Positions 36,701-50,879 of a DNA stretch of 64,000 nt are shown here, one piece after another. The notes beneath the pieces are model-generated. The model saw only the letters and a list, made by a program, of their open reading frames with translations. It searched no databases and was not told the origin of the DNA. Source of the DNA: Lytechinus pictus (taxonomy: Eukaryota). Within the stretch, counting starts at the first letter, position 1. Each line of letters begins with the position of its first letter. The DNA is taken from contig NC_087247.1 of the NCBI RefSeq assembly GCF_037042905.1, positions 30,442,001 through 30,506,000 on the forward strand, read 5' to 3'. The translations under genes and the position numbers were made by a program.

Positions 36701-38091
36701 ATCGTTAAAACTCTACAATTTTTCAACAACAAACTTAAGAAATATCAGATACCTCCCAGAAAATGCATTCAATCATCTTACCTGTATCATGTGTATCTTG
36801 CGAGATGTCACGAGGCATTTGAAGCTTGATGCGAGCCCTTCCCTGGTCGGTGATCAGAATGAAATGAAGCAAATAAAGGGATAAAAATCTTCTGCCCTCT
36901 CTAGAAAGAAGAAATAAAACTGCTTCAAAGTTCAATCTCAGGATATTTTCATAACGGCTGATGTGCATTACATAGGCTACCGTGTTATAGCTCTAACTAT
37001 TCACTACGTTCAATAGATGCAATGAATACATTACGTACTAAGTAAACTGAATGATGGATGGATATGTTCAACTCGCCTGTTTGCTCACATCAATTTTTAT
37101 TGGGACAGTCGATCATTTATCGATTCCTCCAATTTCTCATTCCCAAAGCCAAATTTACAAATAGTATTAGCTATTGAAGCTTGGAAACCTCAATGGAGAT
37201 GCGAATATCTTCATGAAAAAAAAACAGCGCCCATTTTCTCATAATGAAGCCTTACAAAAGGTTTCCTGCTTGAAATTTCTTTGAAGCGGATAATGAGCAG
37301 TGGGCCTTGCTTCACAACGCGCATTTACATTCTGCATTATTTTGTTAATTAGGGGAACTCGGTGAATTATATACTAGTAGTATGTCTGAAGCATCGTCAT
37401 CATGCTTATGCTTGCTTGTAAATTATCATCCCGAGTCTTACCCCCCCCCCCGGAATTTATCTCTACCACTCTTGTTTTTTTCCTACATTCTTATCTCGTT
37501 TCTCCAGTCTATATAGTTACTATCTTTGCCAGTGTTGGCATTGAGAGGTGCAGGTTAAAGCAACCTCGATAACCACCAATTGACTTTAACTATGGAAATA
37601 TCTTGTGTTAGCCAGCAATTATACAACCATACTAAAAACTCCATGTCGCACTCGGTACCACTTACTACAGGGACGTCGATGCGGAGACATCTCCATCAGG
37701 CCAATCATCGATATCTGATTCCATGGCAACGAATTGAAAGCATACACTTACGAAACGCCACGCACGCGACCGAGCTACGTGCATGAGCAGTTCCTATACT
37801 GACTTCGCACAATGCAAAGGCAATAAAATCACGAACAAGTAATTATTTGAATTGGGTGTAACAATTTTAGTTCATTTGCTGACACCCTTTCCCCTCCGGC
37901 TTCATTAATCATGTAAACGAATTGAAACACTTTATCAGGGTGCTGTTACAGTTGCCACACCTAGAATGATTATTATACTTTTCAACCTAATTTTGACTCT
38001 CTTCATCCTCTTAGAATATAGCATTTTCTTAGCGTAATTTTGAGAAATCTAGCATAGTTTCACTAGAATCTAGCATAATTTTCGGGCCTAA

Positions 38092-38648
38092 AGGGGTACT
38101 CCGGGCTGAAAATATTTATATCTAAACAAATAGAGTAAAAGTCACAGAACAAATTGCTAAAAATTTCATCAAATCTGGTAACAAATAGTGAAGTTATTGA
38201 ATCTTACATTTTAGCAATATTATTGTGAAAACGGAAACAGTTATATGCTCTTCGTCATGAATATTCATAAGGTGGGCTGATGATGTCACAACCTCACTTT
38301 CCTTTTTCTTTTTTAAAATCATAATTGTTTCATTTTTTCCTACATTTTGAATGACAATTGTGTCTCCCTTATAATGAAATAAGCAATGAATATCTAATGC
38401 ACTAATCAGTTGTCAATCCATATTTTTGTTTAGTTCTTGGAGAAAAAATTGAATCATCTAATTTCATGTAATAAAATACAAAAGAACGAGTGGGGATATG
38501 ACAGTTTGCTCATTGAATATTCATGAAGACACGCCTAGAACTGTTTCACCGGAAATATTTAAAATACCAATTATTGTTATTCCTTTTCTGGTTTTGATCA
38601 AATTTTCAGTGTTTTTTAATCATTTTTTTTTCAACCTGGAGTACCCCT
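38092..38648. mobile_element. Kolobok-type MITE
   Basis: ctaa|aggggtactccgggctgaaa ... tttcaacctggagtacccct|ttaa. Confidence 0.75.
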
Positions 38649-41600
38649 TTAAACAAAAAAATATAGAGGGCTGAAAAGCATAAGTCTAAAAATTCACGAA
38701 ATTTCGGACTATAAAGAATAATAACCGAGAAATGGCGAGGATATCATACTGCTTATTTCTTTATCGTTATTTCATTCCCCCTCTCTTAATTTTTTAAAGC
38801 TTGTAAGGGAATATGCCACCGTCGGAAAGGTGGCGCCTGTCTGTGAATTTAAGGGAAAAAATAATAAAATGAAATTGAGGGAAGAAATCCAAATCCACTT
38901 TCATATCAAGCTTCTGCAATTATTTCACCCGACATCGATTATGTTGAGTTTGATTTCCGAGACTTATACATTGCCCTAACCCCCCCCCCTCTCTCTCTCT
39001 CTGTCGCCTTCACATAAAGAGTTATGAAATAATATATATGTGCTTGGTACACGGTGGTAGACAACAACATGACCAGGGATAAAAAGATAAAGAAAATGAA
39101 GTTCTCCATTCGTTCCAAGATCTCTTGATTTTAATCACACATTGAATCAAACCAAGACAATTCATGTATCATTATTACAATGATGTTCATGTTGATAACA
39201 TCTGTTGTATACTTTTTCACGATGAAATGACAACATAAGTATGTTTTGCATAAAGAAAATATTCGTTTAGGAGGACATGTAAAAAGTACCCCCCCCCCCT
39301 TCTCTCTCCTTCCCCTTTAGTTCTGGGGGCAGCAATTATTTACCTATATGGCGAAAATAAAACTCACTGCACCAGTAAAGCAATATCAGCAAAAATAAAG
39401 TTAACTTATCATACAGACATCAACTCAGTAACAATCAACATATCACTGCACATGGAATACAAAAGGCTATCTTCCTCATACAAAACTTGCATGAGTAGGT
39501 CTACAGAAAACAAAACGTACATACTTGCTCCAATTTACTTCCTTTTCTGACCCATAGTTACCTTTGGTTACAAATGCAAACATGTACGAGGCATTTTTGA
39601 GAAATATATTCATAAGATGATATGCAAACTAACTTGTGTACTCTTGTCCATGTTTAATACAAAAGGCAGGAGTAATAGCATCTTCTCATAACAAAGTACA
39701 CACAAATAAATTGATCTTACCATGATGAAATGATGAAAATAAGACAGTGTGGTTCAATATTTCACATTGAAAAAAAAAATATTGCTGTACATGGACATGT
39801 ATTTCAAATGCAATGTTCAACATTAGTAAAAAAAAAAATGATAATAACAATACAATCTGCCAGATCTTTATTGACAATGAAAGACTGAAACATAGGTAAA
39901 ACCAATTACAAGTACTTACAATAGTTAATGACAAAGGCAAGATTTTTTCAAGAGGACAAAATATACTATTTCCACAAGAAAAGGCCATGTTGCAATTGGT
40001 ACAACTCAATTGATGTCCAATGAAAAACACAATGAAATTAAGATAATGTAAATGAGTGGAAGAGAAAATTCACTTTAATTAAATGGCTTAATCAAGCTTT
40101 CTTCTGCTTACCTGAATATATACAAATCCACAGAAAACGAGATTGATTCAATGAGGAATATATCGATAAGCCCACCAGTAAAAAATTGAATGAAATTGTA
40201 TTATTTGTATTGTAGCTATATGTTTTTAAACTTTAGTTTAAATCTTTATCCAGTTTTTCAAGATCTGTGCGATGTCTTATTCATCATTTTCCTTTGGCTT
40301 TGTACTTTATTTTCACTAGTTTTTCTCTTTTTTGTAATTGTTTAGAGAGTAGTCAATCACACTCCTAAGATATATCTATGACCAAGCTAAGTATTTAGTG
40401 ACCTAGAAGTGGGACTAAAAAATCATGAAAATCAACACTTGTGGATCCCTTTGTTACTCAGTGCACATTTACACAGGGGCATATCTAAGAAAATCAGCTA
40501 ACGGCTTATCCCAAGGCCAAGTGCTTATATTGAGCCCCTTCCAACGTCAATTGTTTTGAAATCATACATTCTGAAACCTATAGCCTATCTTGCTCAATTT
40601 GTTCTTGTTTTTTGTGGGGTAGGGGTCCTTTTTTAAGCCACCTGAGCACATGCCCCTCTTGCCCCCTTAACATGCCACTGCATTTGAAATAGAGAAACCA
40701 AAGACAGCTAATTGGTTTGAAAAATAACCGTTCAATCGAAACTCTTGTAAAGTTAGTAAAAAGAATTGAATAATAATGATTTCTGTTCAAATTTTCACTG
40801 GGTCTTAGGAATGCATTATTCACTTTCCGTTTTTTTAATGAATGATATTACCAAAAGCTCTTTATTAATCTGCTTCCAAAGAAGGCATAGCACCCAAAAC
40901 AAATCACTCTCTATCACATACAGTAGAGTACATACACATTTTTCCATAGGAAGTTCATGAATATCCAGGAAAATATTTTCACTCCGACACGAGTGAATAA
41001 ATTTGTTTCTTTCCATAGTAGAACCATTTATAATAGGATACAGTGAATGGTATATAATACAAGAACATACATCTGTATTTACACCTAAGAATAAAAATAT
41101 CTATATATTACTTTACAGAGATAAAACATCTGCAAGCACCATGACACATTATAAGAGCTTGTTACGGAGGTCTTAGATCAAAATGATGTCCATGATTTAT
41201 AGCTAACTAAAATTATCGCAATACCATACATGCCATTGCAGAGACCACATGAATGTACCCGAAGAACATCTATCACCCACGTTTGATTGCTGATTTACAT
41301 TTACAAAGTTATGCATCATTAAAAGAGTTTTGCAGGTAAACTTTAACATTTATGAAGGTCGGATGGACAAGAGATGGATGCCATTTGGATCTCATAGTCT
41401 CACCTTCACCTCCAGTGGGTGGGTGAGACAAAGAAGGTAGACTGATTATTGATGTGACACACGCATATATTTTGGACATTTTTTTTGTTTCCTTCACTCC
41501 AATATGGGATTTACAGTGTGTCTCAGGAAAAAAAATGAAAATGAGAATTAGCAATCTATAAATATACCTCAATCACAAGCATGAATGAGAAAGATAAATT

Positions 41601-42921
41601 GTAGAGAGGGTACCAAAAATCATTTAGCGGGTAGAATTCAAATTTCAAAGAAACATGAAAGTTCCAGATATTTCATTTCCTGCCTTACGATACAACACCT
41701 TGCCATCAAGAAAATTGACAGAGAAATAACTTGTTCAAGTCATGCCAGCATTTCTATAATTCTGGGAAAATTAGATGTTTCCACTGCATGACTAACAGTA
41801 ATATTTTTTTTTCATCCATTCATCACCTTTCTGATTTGTTGAAGATCAGCCATTATTTTTTATCCTATCGTAGGCTGTGGTTGTCAGTAAGAAAAAAAAT
41901 TATTAAAAAGAAAAGAACCACAAGCCCTACTTTGAAATGAATGATCTTTGTTATTCCTTGCTCATTTTTTCTGGATTAAATCATCATTTTCAAAGGTATA
42001 ATAAACCTTGTTATCTATAGCATTTCCTATTAAATATGGAAACTGCCTGCCAAACCAACTTTTGGTACCTTTCTCTTCAAATCATTTACTTCTTATGCAA
42101 GAAGTATTCACATTATTTTTTTATATCAAATGAAAGAGAATTTTAAGCTTGACAAAATGTATCATTTAACATGTATAAAGATGACAGTTATTAATATGGC
42201 AAAGCAATAATAAATATTTGGTTCTTGGTGTAGGTTGAACAGTTTTATTATGATATGATGGTCAGATATTCCTGATTTGAGTTTCATCAAGTCAGATGGA
42301 CAAATATGAGTGCTGTTTGGAGGGCAGAGATCTATAAACTTATTATGCTAAAATTATTTTCAGCACATGATTCTTTCCTTCTTTCAAAAGAATCTTTTTA
42401 TTGAAAGAAATTGATTGTCATTCACACAATTAACTTATCATGGCACATTATTGGTGATGGACTGTACATATAACGGTAATGGCTGTACGTGGAAGACATT
42501 TGCACCAACAGTTTCCATTGACAAGCAATGTGCATTTGTAAACCTGATTTTCATTATAAATCTAAACTATGATTTTGAATCCTGACTTCAATTTACAAAC
42601 TGACTTCTCCAGTGTGTAATACAAAATGGATTATACAATTAACATCCATGATCATCTAACCACCTTCCTAAGAACAGAAAAATCTTTTAGTTTCCCAATG
42701 ACGGCCATTGCCAGTATGAAAAATAGAGAAATACATTTTTGAGCCACAATAAAGAATGATGTCTTTTCACATTACATTTACAGGTACACTTGAATAAATC
42801 TGCCTTCCACATGTAGGATAATAATGTTTATCTTCAACCATGCAGTGTTCATTCAGAGAGGCCGGTGTACTTTAAAAGCAATCCTAATCGTGGGTTTGGA
42901 TGGTGAATAGTACGATGACTG

Positions 42922-42975
42922 CTAGTCCACACTGTCTGTATAAAGCTTGTGACGACACACTGGGCATGTTCCAGA
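42922..42975 (-). CDS. Praja-like E3, last coding exon
   Basis: [17 protein letters not shown] after a tacag acceptor. Confidence 0.9.
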   Translation of the reverse strand, partial: [17 protein letters not shown]

Positions 42976-45900
42976 CTGTAATTCAATTGAAAAAAAAAAT
43001 CAAATTTGAATATACATGTAGTTATTGATTGAAGATTACATGTTTTGTTTCATTCTTTCACTCATTTGTATTATGCCCTTATTGGTCTCAATTTATTTTT
43101 TTGCAAGATTGGGGTCAATAATTAAAAATCTTTATGTGTCTGCTTTGGATCCCACCATATACTTATGATATATTCTTGATTGTTTGTTTTGGTTTTTTTT
43201 TTTTGCTAAAATCATTTATTCACATGGTTTACTTAATCCTCTTATTATGGTCAATAATCTGAATTATAATCAGTATTATCTACATGCCAATCTTACAAAA
43301 GTGTAGCACCAGTTAAATCCATTTTTTTCAACTATCGATTCTCTGTGAAAATTTACTATATTCAAATATAAATGTATGGCGCCTTCTCTCAGCAATGTCT
43401 TTAAAAAGGAAAAGCTGTCTTTATCTCCTTTCTGCTTTGCAGAGATCTTAATTATTCCATTAAAATACATTCATTGGACTAACCAAACCTAGTAATGAAA
43501 CCAAACTTTAATTTAAGATCATTCCTGACAAGTCATTTCTTTTGTTCTAGGAGGGAAGTCAAAGTGAGAAAAAAATTAAGACGAACATTAAAAAAAATGG
43601 GAGGATCGGAGGTGGATGGGGGAGCCGGTGTAAAAACATGAAATGACCCACCTTTTTAAGCCAGACTGTGATGCAATGGTTGTGAAAGTTGTGTTTACAT
43701 GGAAGCTGATCAAGAACTTCATCCATCATATACTCGCAATGGCAGATAGAACAGAATGCATCATCAGCTGGAAAGGGCAATATACAAAATAATGTATGAC
43801 ACACAGTGCATCAGTCAAAAATATACACCTGAGAGTAGCTCTTGGTCACAGCTGATCAAAGATTTCCTCAATCATATACTCGGGGCGCACTGGATGTCCA
43901 GTTCATAATGAAGTGGCTATCTTGTTGATGAATGCATTATCAGCTGGAAACAGCTATATGCATGAACAAATATTAAACATAGAGCATTAGCAAAAACTAT
44001 ACACCTGAGAGTAACTCTCAGTCATAGCTGATCAAGAGTATTCTGTTGTATATTCACGATGGCAGGGGTCCCTAAACCAATCAATAACTGAAAATCTTCA
44101 GTTGATTGTTCATCTGCTTCTTGCCACAAGGAGTGTAGACCGTTTTGCTACAATTAAAATTGATCAATCAATTACAAAAGAACAAAAAAAGATTTTCATT
44201 CAATTGCAAATATTTTCTAGCAATACCCAACAAGACAGACACAGGAGAATGTTTGTTTACTTACAGACCATCTGCTTGGTAACAGTAACCTTTTCCAAGG
44301 ATTCAATTGTCTCCTGTGAGGCTGGAGGGGGCGCTCCATTGTTGTTCTGAGTTTGGTTGGCACCATCAAACGTGTGCTGGGCAAGGAGGTTCAACACTAC
44401 ATTCTATACAAAAAAAAGAAAAGAAAAACTTATGATATGGTCTCCGTGTACAGGTACAATCAACCCAACTGCTCATTTGACTAAAGAAGTTCTTGTGTTT
44501 TTCCTCAATTTGTGTATGTGCCTGTGTGCATTGTGTTGTAAGTGTGTAAAATCATATTTCTTTAAAATTTGTCACCTTCTTATTTTGTTTTTATAGGGGT
44601 TTAAACTTATAATTACATGTTCTCTCAATTGCCTATTTTGAAAATTAAAGTGGATGTTGGCAAAGTGAACCTTCTAAGTTTGTTGCAGATATACAAGTGT
44701 TATTATAGCCACGAGCAATGTCAATTATGGTATATATCAATATATAAAATACACTGGACCTGATGGCCTACCTCAATCAGCAATTCAACAAATTCTCCCC
44801 CAAAGTCTCTTCTGGCACGAGATAGCATGTTGAAAAGAACTGCGGGAGAGGCTTGCAGCATAAGAGGACCAAAGATTGGGGATGCTAACAAGACAAGGTG
44901 GTCTACCATGGGCATAGGGTCATCTCCTGTCAATCTGTAACATAACAGGAAAAAGAAGAGTTCCTTGCCATAGAGGTTTACAGTTAACATTAGGTAAAAA
45001 ATCAATCTTCTTTTGCTACTCAAATTGGCAATAATGATCAATTTTCTATTCTTTCTTACTATGAAAAAATGAAATATAGATATAGCATGAATAAAAATTA
45101 ATGATAAAAGAATTAATTTACTGAAAGAGTTGTCATTTTGCATTTTAAACAGTGATTTCATTGCTTACATCCCATTGCCAAATTAGAGTACATGTATCAT
45201 GTAAAGTTTAACTCATGTTAAATGACTTTTATTGAGGAATGGCACCACATACTGTAGGCCTACTGGGAAATAATGGATTTTTTTTCACAGCACATTTTTT
45301 CTATATCTAACCATATTCCAACTGTAATTACTGGCATTCTCAATTAGGGTTAAACACAATTCCCTACTTTCATAACTGCCAATTTCCACGGTACTCCATT
45401 TTAATGTACATTACTGCAGGGTTCTATGGAATGCAATAGTCAAATACAGATGAAAAACATTCAATGGCAATGTATTCTGATAACAGTAAACCCCTTATAA
45501 TCAATGTTAAACAGCAAACTGTTTGCACCTCTTGTCGTTGACAAGTGGAGTAAACAAGCTATTAGAACAACAGAACATACCTTTCTTCGGGGGGATCCCT
45601 GCCAGGTGTTGGTGTTGGTGGAGGTGTCTCACTTCTTCTGTTCCTTGCCGTAAAACCATAATCCGAACCACTACCTTGCGATGTCTGAACCTGGCCACTG
45701 CCATTTCTAAAAGCACCAGCAGGAGAAGCAGGGTTACCAAGCGGAGGAAATTCCTGCTCATCACTGATGTCTGGAAATGAATCTATACTGGGTGGGACAA
45801 TTCTATGTCCTGACGTATTGCGGTTAAGGATTGTCTCATGACCCCTATTGCGATCCTGGTAGATCAGGCGTTGTCTGGGTTCCCTTGATGGGTAGGAGTG

Positions 45901-47808
45901 CTCCCTTTCAATTTGTCTCCAGCTCGCAACATCATCATTGTCGATGTTTCCAATTCTGCTATTTGTCCTAGTACCTCTCTGATTTTGTGATGGAATAATA
46001 GTTGTTGTTATTTCAGATGCATTTGACTCACTTGCAGATGTATTGTCATTATTGAGTGACAGGGCTCTGTAGAGACCACTTCTGCTAGGAACAGTTGGGG
46101 CATTTCTAGTAGTGTTTCTCACTGAGGGATATGTTTCGTTTTCAGATGATGACAACCTGGAATGTCTTCTATGTAATAACCCTGTCACAGGACTGTCTCT
46201 GAACACCACATTAGGGGATTCACTTCGTCCGTGATGGACACTTGATGCTTCTGACGAAAATGGCAATTGGGTTGAAGAGTTAGGGTTCTGATCATGAAGG
46301 GGAGAGGTTGAATCCCCACTATCTGGTCTTAGTCGAGGAACCCATACATCTTCTTCAGTTGATGCAGTACTCGCCTCTAACCTAGAGTTTCTACCAACTC
46401 TTCCAGGTTGTGTTCTGGGAGATTGAGGAACAGTTGTGGTCAATTCTGATACTGCTGAATTGACATCAATCATTTCTCTTGGTCTACCTCGCGATGACAA
46501 ACCTAATGCACTTTGCCGGGCAAGCCTTGATCTTTCACCCGTAATACTTCTTTCTGATCCAGTTCCTAATCTTTCAAGGCTTCTTCTGACACTGTTTGGT
46601 TGCCTGTCTTGACCCGATGTGACCTGAGAACTTTCATGAAAATCTGTTGCTATAGCTGTCGCTGGTTGAAAAGTCGGTCTGCCAGTCTCAAATTGAGACA
46701 GGGGTCTAGGAAGCATTTCAGAGGGTAGTTCAGTTTGTCTTCTTAGATTGTTCTCTGACTCTTCATTTGAAGTTTGTCTGGCAGTTCCCGGTCTATGGTA
46801 ACCTTCTGGTAGGGTCTGATTCAATGGTTGTGATCGAGACAATGGTCTCCTATTATCTAGCCTTGGTGTTTCCTCTGAATGTTCACTTGCATTGTTCCTT
46901 ACTGTTCTTTCTGGTAAGTTCTCATCCGAGGGCTGCGAAACTGTTCTCGGCACTGGTATATTATTATTGGGAGAGTTTCCTACGTCAAGTGACAAAGATA
47001 CAATGTCCAGTTGGTCATCTTCAACTCCATTAACTTCAAATGAGCTCAGAGATACATCATTAGTTCTTTCATTTTCGTTTATTGATGAAGCCAAGTGAAC
47101 ATCATCATTATCATTTTTTCGTTCAGCTGCTGTGGTTTGGGATTTGCGCCTTACAATTCTTCTTCTGGGACTCGTGGAGGTTACATTGACCAATTCCACC
47201 TCACTTGGGTTTCTACCATTAGCACCTGAATCAACATTAATGGCACCTGTATGATTGGAAGTCTTTTGGGAAGATCGACTAGTTTTTATCTGATCTTTGG
47301 GAACAGATGGTCGCTTCAGTTTGGGCCTCACACTTCTAGTATTTGACCCTCCTGATTGGAGAGTCTTTGAGTCTGATGTTGATGCTGAGCTCCTTTCTTT
47401 GCTGTTGGTTAGGTTGCTGGTTCCACTGTCTTGCTGCTCAAGAGACTGCCTATGAGAGACATCATTTTTCTTTGACACCAACTTCTTAGACACTTCCGTG
47501 GCTTGCGGTTCTACGTGTGGTTCTCTTCTGGAAGCTCTTTGAAAAGGAATCATACCTGTTGTTCCCACCGTTGTTACGGCTCCAGACGAGGACTTCTTCT
47601 GAAATCCTCCATCGCCAACTGCTCTATTCACATGAAGAACATTTTTCCTTGTAGGTTTGTTTAACAGGGAATTTTTGCCTCTTCCAGGTGGAGCCGATGG
47701 GGTAAGTTGTCTGTTCCCCATCGCTGATTGTCTCAAAGGACTATGAGAGCTCCGACGAGACACTGCATCTCTTGGCTTCTGGGACACCTGCACTCTCCGA
47801 AAAGGCAT
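42922..47808 (-). CDS. PJA2: Praja-like RING-H2 E3 ubiquitin ligase (~899 aa, 5 coding exons)
   Basis: Exons 47808-45581, 44934-44772, 44403-44265, 43767-43652, 42975-42922 total 2700 nt in frame. A long S/R/N-rich disordered N-terminus precedes PPPASQETIESL...CSICHCEY...[29 protein letters not shown]; [12 protein letters not shown] is the Praja signature. RNF115/126 relatives cannot be fully excluded. Confidence 0.85.
43652..43767 (-). CDS. Praja-like E3, RING-H2 exon
   Basis: [38 protein letters not shown]. Confidence 0.92.
43704..44068 (-). repeat. Degenerate tandem triplication of the 5' half of the RING exon plus its splice acceptor
   Basis: agctgatcaa starts at 43704, 43850 and 44026; gaatgcat(c/t)atcagctggaaa and atacacctgagagta each occur twice. 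Confidence 0.8.
44265..44403 (-). CDS. Praja-like E3, pre-RING exon
   Basis: NVVLNLLAQHTF...GAPPPASQETIESLEKVTVTKQMV; gtaagt donor. Confidence 0.88.
44772..44934 (-). CDS. Praja-like E3, internal exon
   Basis: LTGDDPMPMVDHLVLL...VELLIE; phases 2/0 fit the neighbouring exons. Confidence 0.8.
45581..47808 (-). CDS. Praja-like E3, large first coding exon (disordered region)
   Basis: 752-aa ORF; first ATG at 47808 after an in-frame TAA; donor AG|GTATGT at 45581; polypyrimidine acceptor before 48022. Confidence 0.85.
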
Positions 47809-49697
47809 TGCAAAGATCAACTTTTTGAAGGGTTATGAAGAAACCGGCAGTCCATTGTGTTTCTGTCAGTTGTGCCTTGGTACAGATTCTTTGTCCTAAT
47901 GGCAAACCGGCATAAATGTATGCATGCTACATGAAGGACAACCAGAGACATGCCATGATGAATTCAAAATCCATAGTCTATTCAGATGTTAACATATAGG
48001 GCATTGCATCAACATGGTTTTCCTGTCAATAAAAAGGTAAGAAAAGAAAAGACAATATTACATTATTCTGGATCTATTTTATTTCAATCAATCATAACAT
48101 TACATGGAACTAAATGGAGCTTGACTGTACTGACTCAACAAAACAAGCAACAAATATATTTCACATGACTTACAAATACTTAGAGAACTGCTAGTAATCC
48201 ATAGCCTACTCATGGGGGCTTGTGACATTGTAGACATCACTATGTTTTTTGGACAGAATACATGTTCGCTTGACTGAACATTGTTGACCAGTCCTAAACT
48301 ACAGGGGTGGTATTTTAAGATTCACATTATATCAGTAAAAATCAGTGATATAAAATATACTTAAAATCTCTCCAAATCAGTATTCTGATTCTATTACTCG
48401 ACACACCTACAAACTTATGAAGCAAAATATTCAATGAGAAAAGCAAATTAACACTGTCATTTCATTTGATTCTGAGAACAATTTTATCTTCATTTTATCT
48501 CTGTAAGACACACCTATTTTTTAATCAATATCCAATTAGATCAATGAGATGTCAATATTAATTCAAATGCACTTGCACTGTACATGTATGCCAATGCTCT
48601 CTAATTACAGGAATTTCTCTGATAAAACAACAATACAATACAATATACATGTAAATATCATATTAGTATGCATCATTTCAAGAAAAATATGCCATTTTAT
48701 CATCGTCTCTTATTTTTTTACAGTAGGAAGGACCAACATTGGGATAAAGTACAAAATACTAAGTTACAATATCCTTTTTTTTTCAATATTCAACTCGTCT
48801 AGTAATTTGCTTTGAAGGCCCATATCCACACATTTCACACTATGAAGTCATTGAAGTGAGTTATATACTCTGTTTTTGTTCTTTTTGCTGCCTTCCTTTA
48901 ATGTAATATTACCTTATTATGTATAATATTACGTCTCTACGGTATTATGCATAATATTGTTACCATAACAGATGTACTGAATTATTCAGTACCATTCTGT
49001 TATGGTAAAAAACTGACAACACAGAAATTAAATAGCCCCACACTATTTCCTTTTCCTTTTTATTTTAACCAACAAGGATGTAAGCATCTTTCTATTTTTT
49101 TTTTTTGGGGGGGGAGGGTAATTATAATTGGTACACCCATCATGTATCTATGCGAGCATGATTTTACTGTATCATCTCTTGTTATGTAAGATTAAATTTC
49201 ATTTGCAAGACAAGAATGATTTTAGAATATCAATATAGTTTTTATTCTTGAAGATCAAATAAAAATGATATCTTGACAAAAATAACTTTGTACATGTATT
49301 CCTGGTAACTATGAACACTCAGTGACTGTATATATTTTACAAAGTGTACATGTAGGAAGAGCTGGGCCCCATTTGCTAACTTTCATAAAACTTATTTATG
49401 ATGAATAGCAAATTTGCATAAACAGTTTAAAGCTACTGAAATCGTTTAATTGATTGGCTGATAATAGATATTTGTTATTATAAGCATGAAACAGGCCCAA
49501 AATCGATTAATAGATGGAATGTTTTCAAGTGGCATACTGGCATTGTGGTAATTGATCTACATGTATGTGCCTTATGATTTTTATTTTTTGGGGGGGCTTT
49601 TTTTTGGGGGGGGGGCTTCCCTCAGGACCTGCCACTTTCCAGGGGATAGAGTTGGGTTAGGTTAGGCTCTCTGGGCAAAAACTAAGCTGAAAATTAG

Positions 49698-50006
49698 TAC
49701 TTTCCTTCTAAAAGATCTAGCTCTAAATCATGTACATGGGATAAAACTTCATTTCCGACATTTCTACGCTCTCGTTGTTATTTTTAAACAAGAATTCATC
49801 GAGCGTCGCATAACGTTGGGGAAGTACAATAAGAAACAAGATGGCGGCGTAAACATCGGGCAAGTCTCTTCCGTCTTTTCACAATATTTTTTCATTTTTT
49901 TTAATGAATTCTTGTTTAAAAATAACAACGAGAGCGTAGATATGTCGGAAATGAAGTTTTATCCCATGTACATGATTTTAGAGCTAGATCTTTTAGAAGG
50001 AAAGTA
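49698..50006. repeat. ~102-bp near-perfect inverted repeat with ~104-bp spacer
   Basis: 49698-49799 is the reverse complement of 49904-50006 with one mismatch and one 1-nt indel. Confidence 0.9.
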
Positions 50007-50879
50007 GAAATCTCGGGGGCGAAAGTTTCAGGGTTTTTTGCGGTCCACGCAGATGAATAGGAAGGACTCCCTGGCTTCGTTTAGAGTAAGCCTACGTTAG
50101 TAAATGATTTTTACTCTCAAGAAGCCACCTGGCTAAGACTGGGTGCTCAATCAAACACAGTCACGACACATCGACATTTGGGCATAGTTTATTTAGACAG
50201 CTGGCAGCCGTCTGTTTCGAGGAGTTTTTTAACATTTTTTTATTTTTTTAATTTCTCCTCGTACACAGACGGCTCGCTATCGTGCAGCCACCATTAGGGG
50301 ACTTGCAATGCAAAATCCCCCCGTCGGGGCTCTTCAATTTTTGTCTTTAATGAATAAAATTTTAGAAAATTAACGCGACCAAAATGCAAATTAATATTCC
50401 CTCTTGGCATTAATTGCCAAAAAACAGAGAAAAATCAAGTTAAAAGGAACAAAAACAGTGACTTACCTCGGCTGTCGCGCAAATTCACTTCCCCGTTTTA
50501 TCCGCTCTTAAGTACATAAACATATGGCCATTGAGTCCCCTGTACAGATCGCGCTAGAACTTCGGTCTCTGTATTTGGTGAGTGAAGCCAACGGAGTTCA
50601 GCTGAACAACCAACATAACAGAGACTGAAGCTTTTGGTCTAAGTTTATTAAGTTACAAATACTGGTTAGAAATTAATGGTTGGACAAATGAGGTACCGAC
50701 AAGTGAGGTAAAAACATAAATTCAATCCGTGAGGATGTGGTCAAAACACAAACAATAACACACAGTCACACACACACTGTACTGCACAGGGCATTCGCTC
50801 AGCTCACTCACGTTCATCTCAGACTCAGCTCAGGCTCTGTCAAGGTTGGTTAGTGTTATTACATCACTTTTCTACTCAC

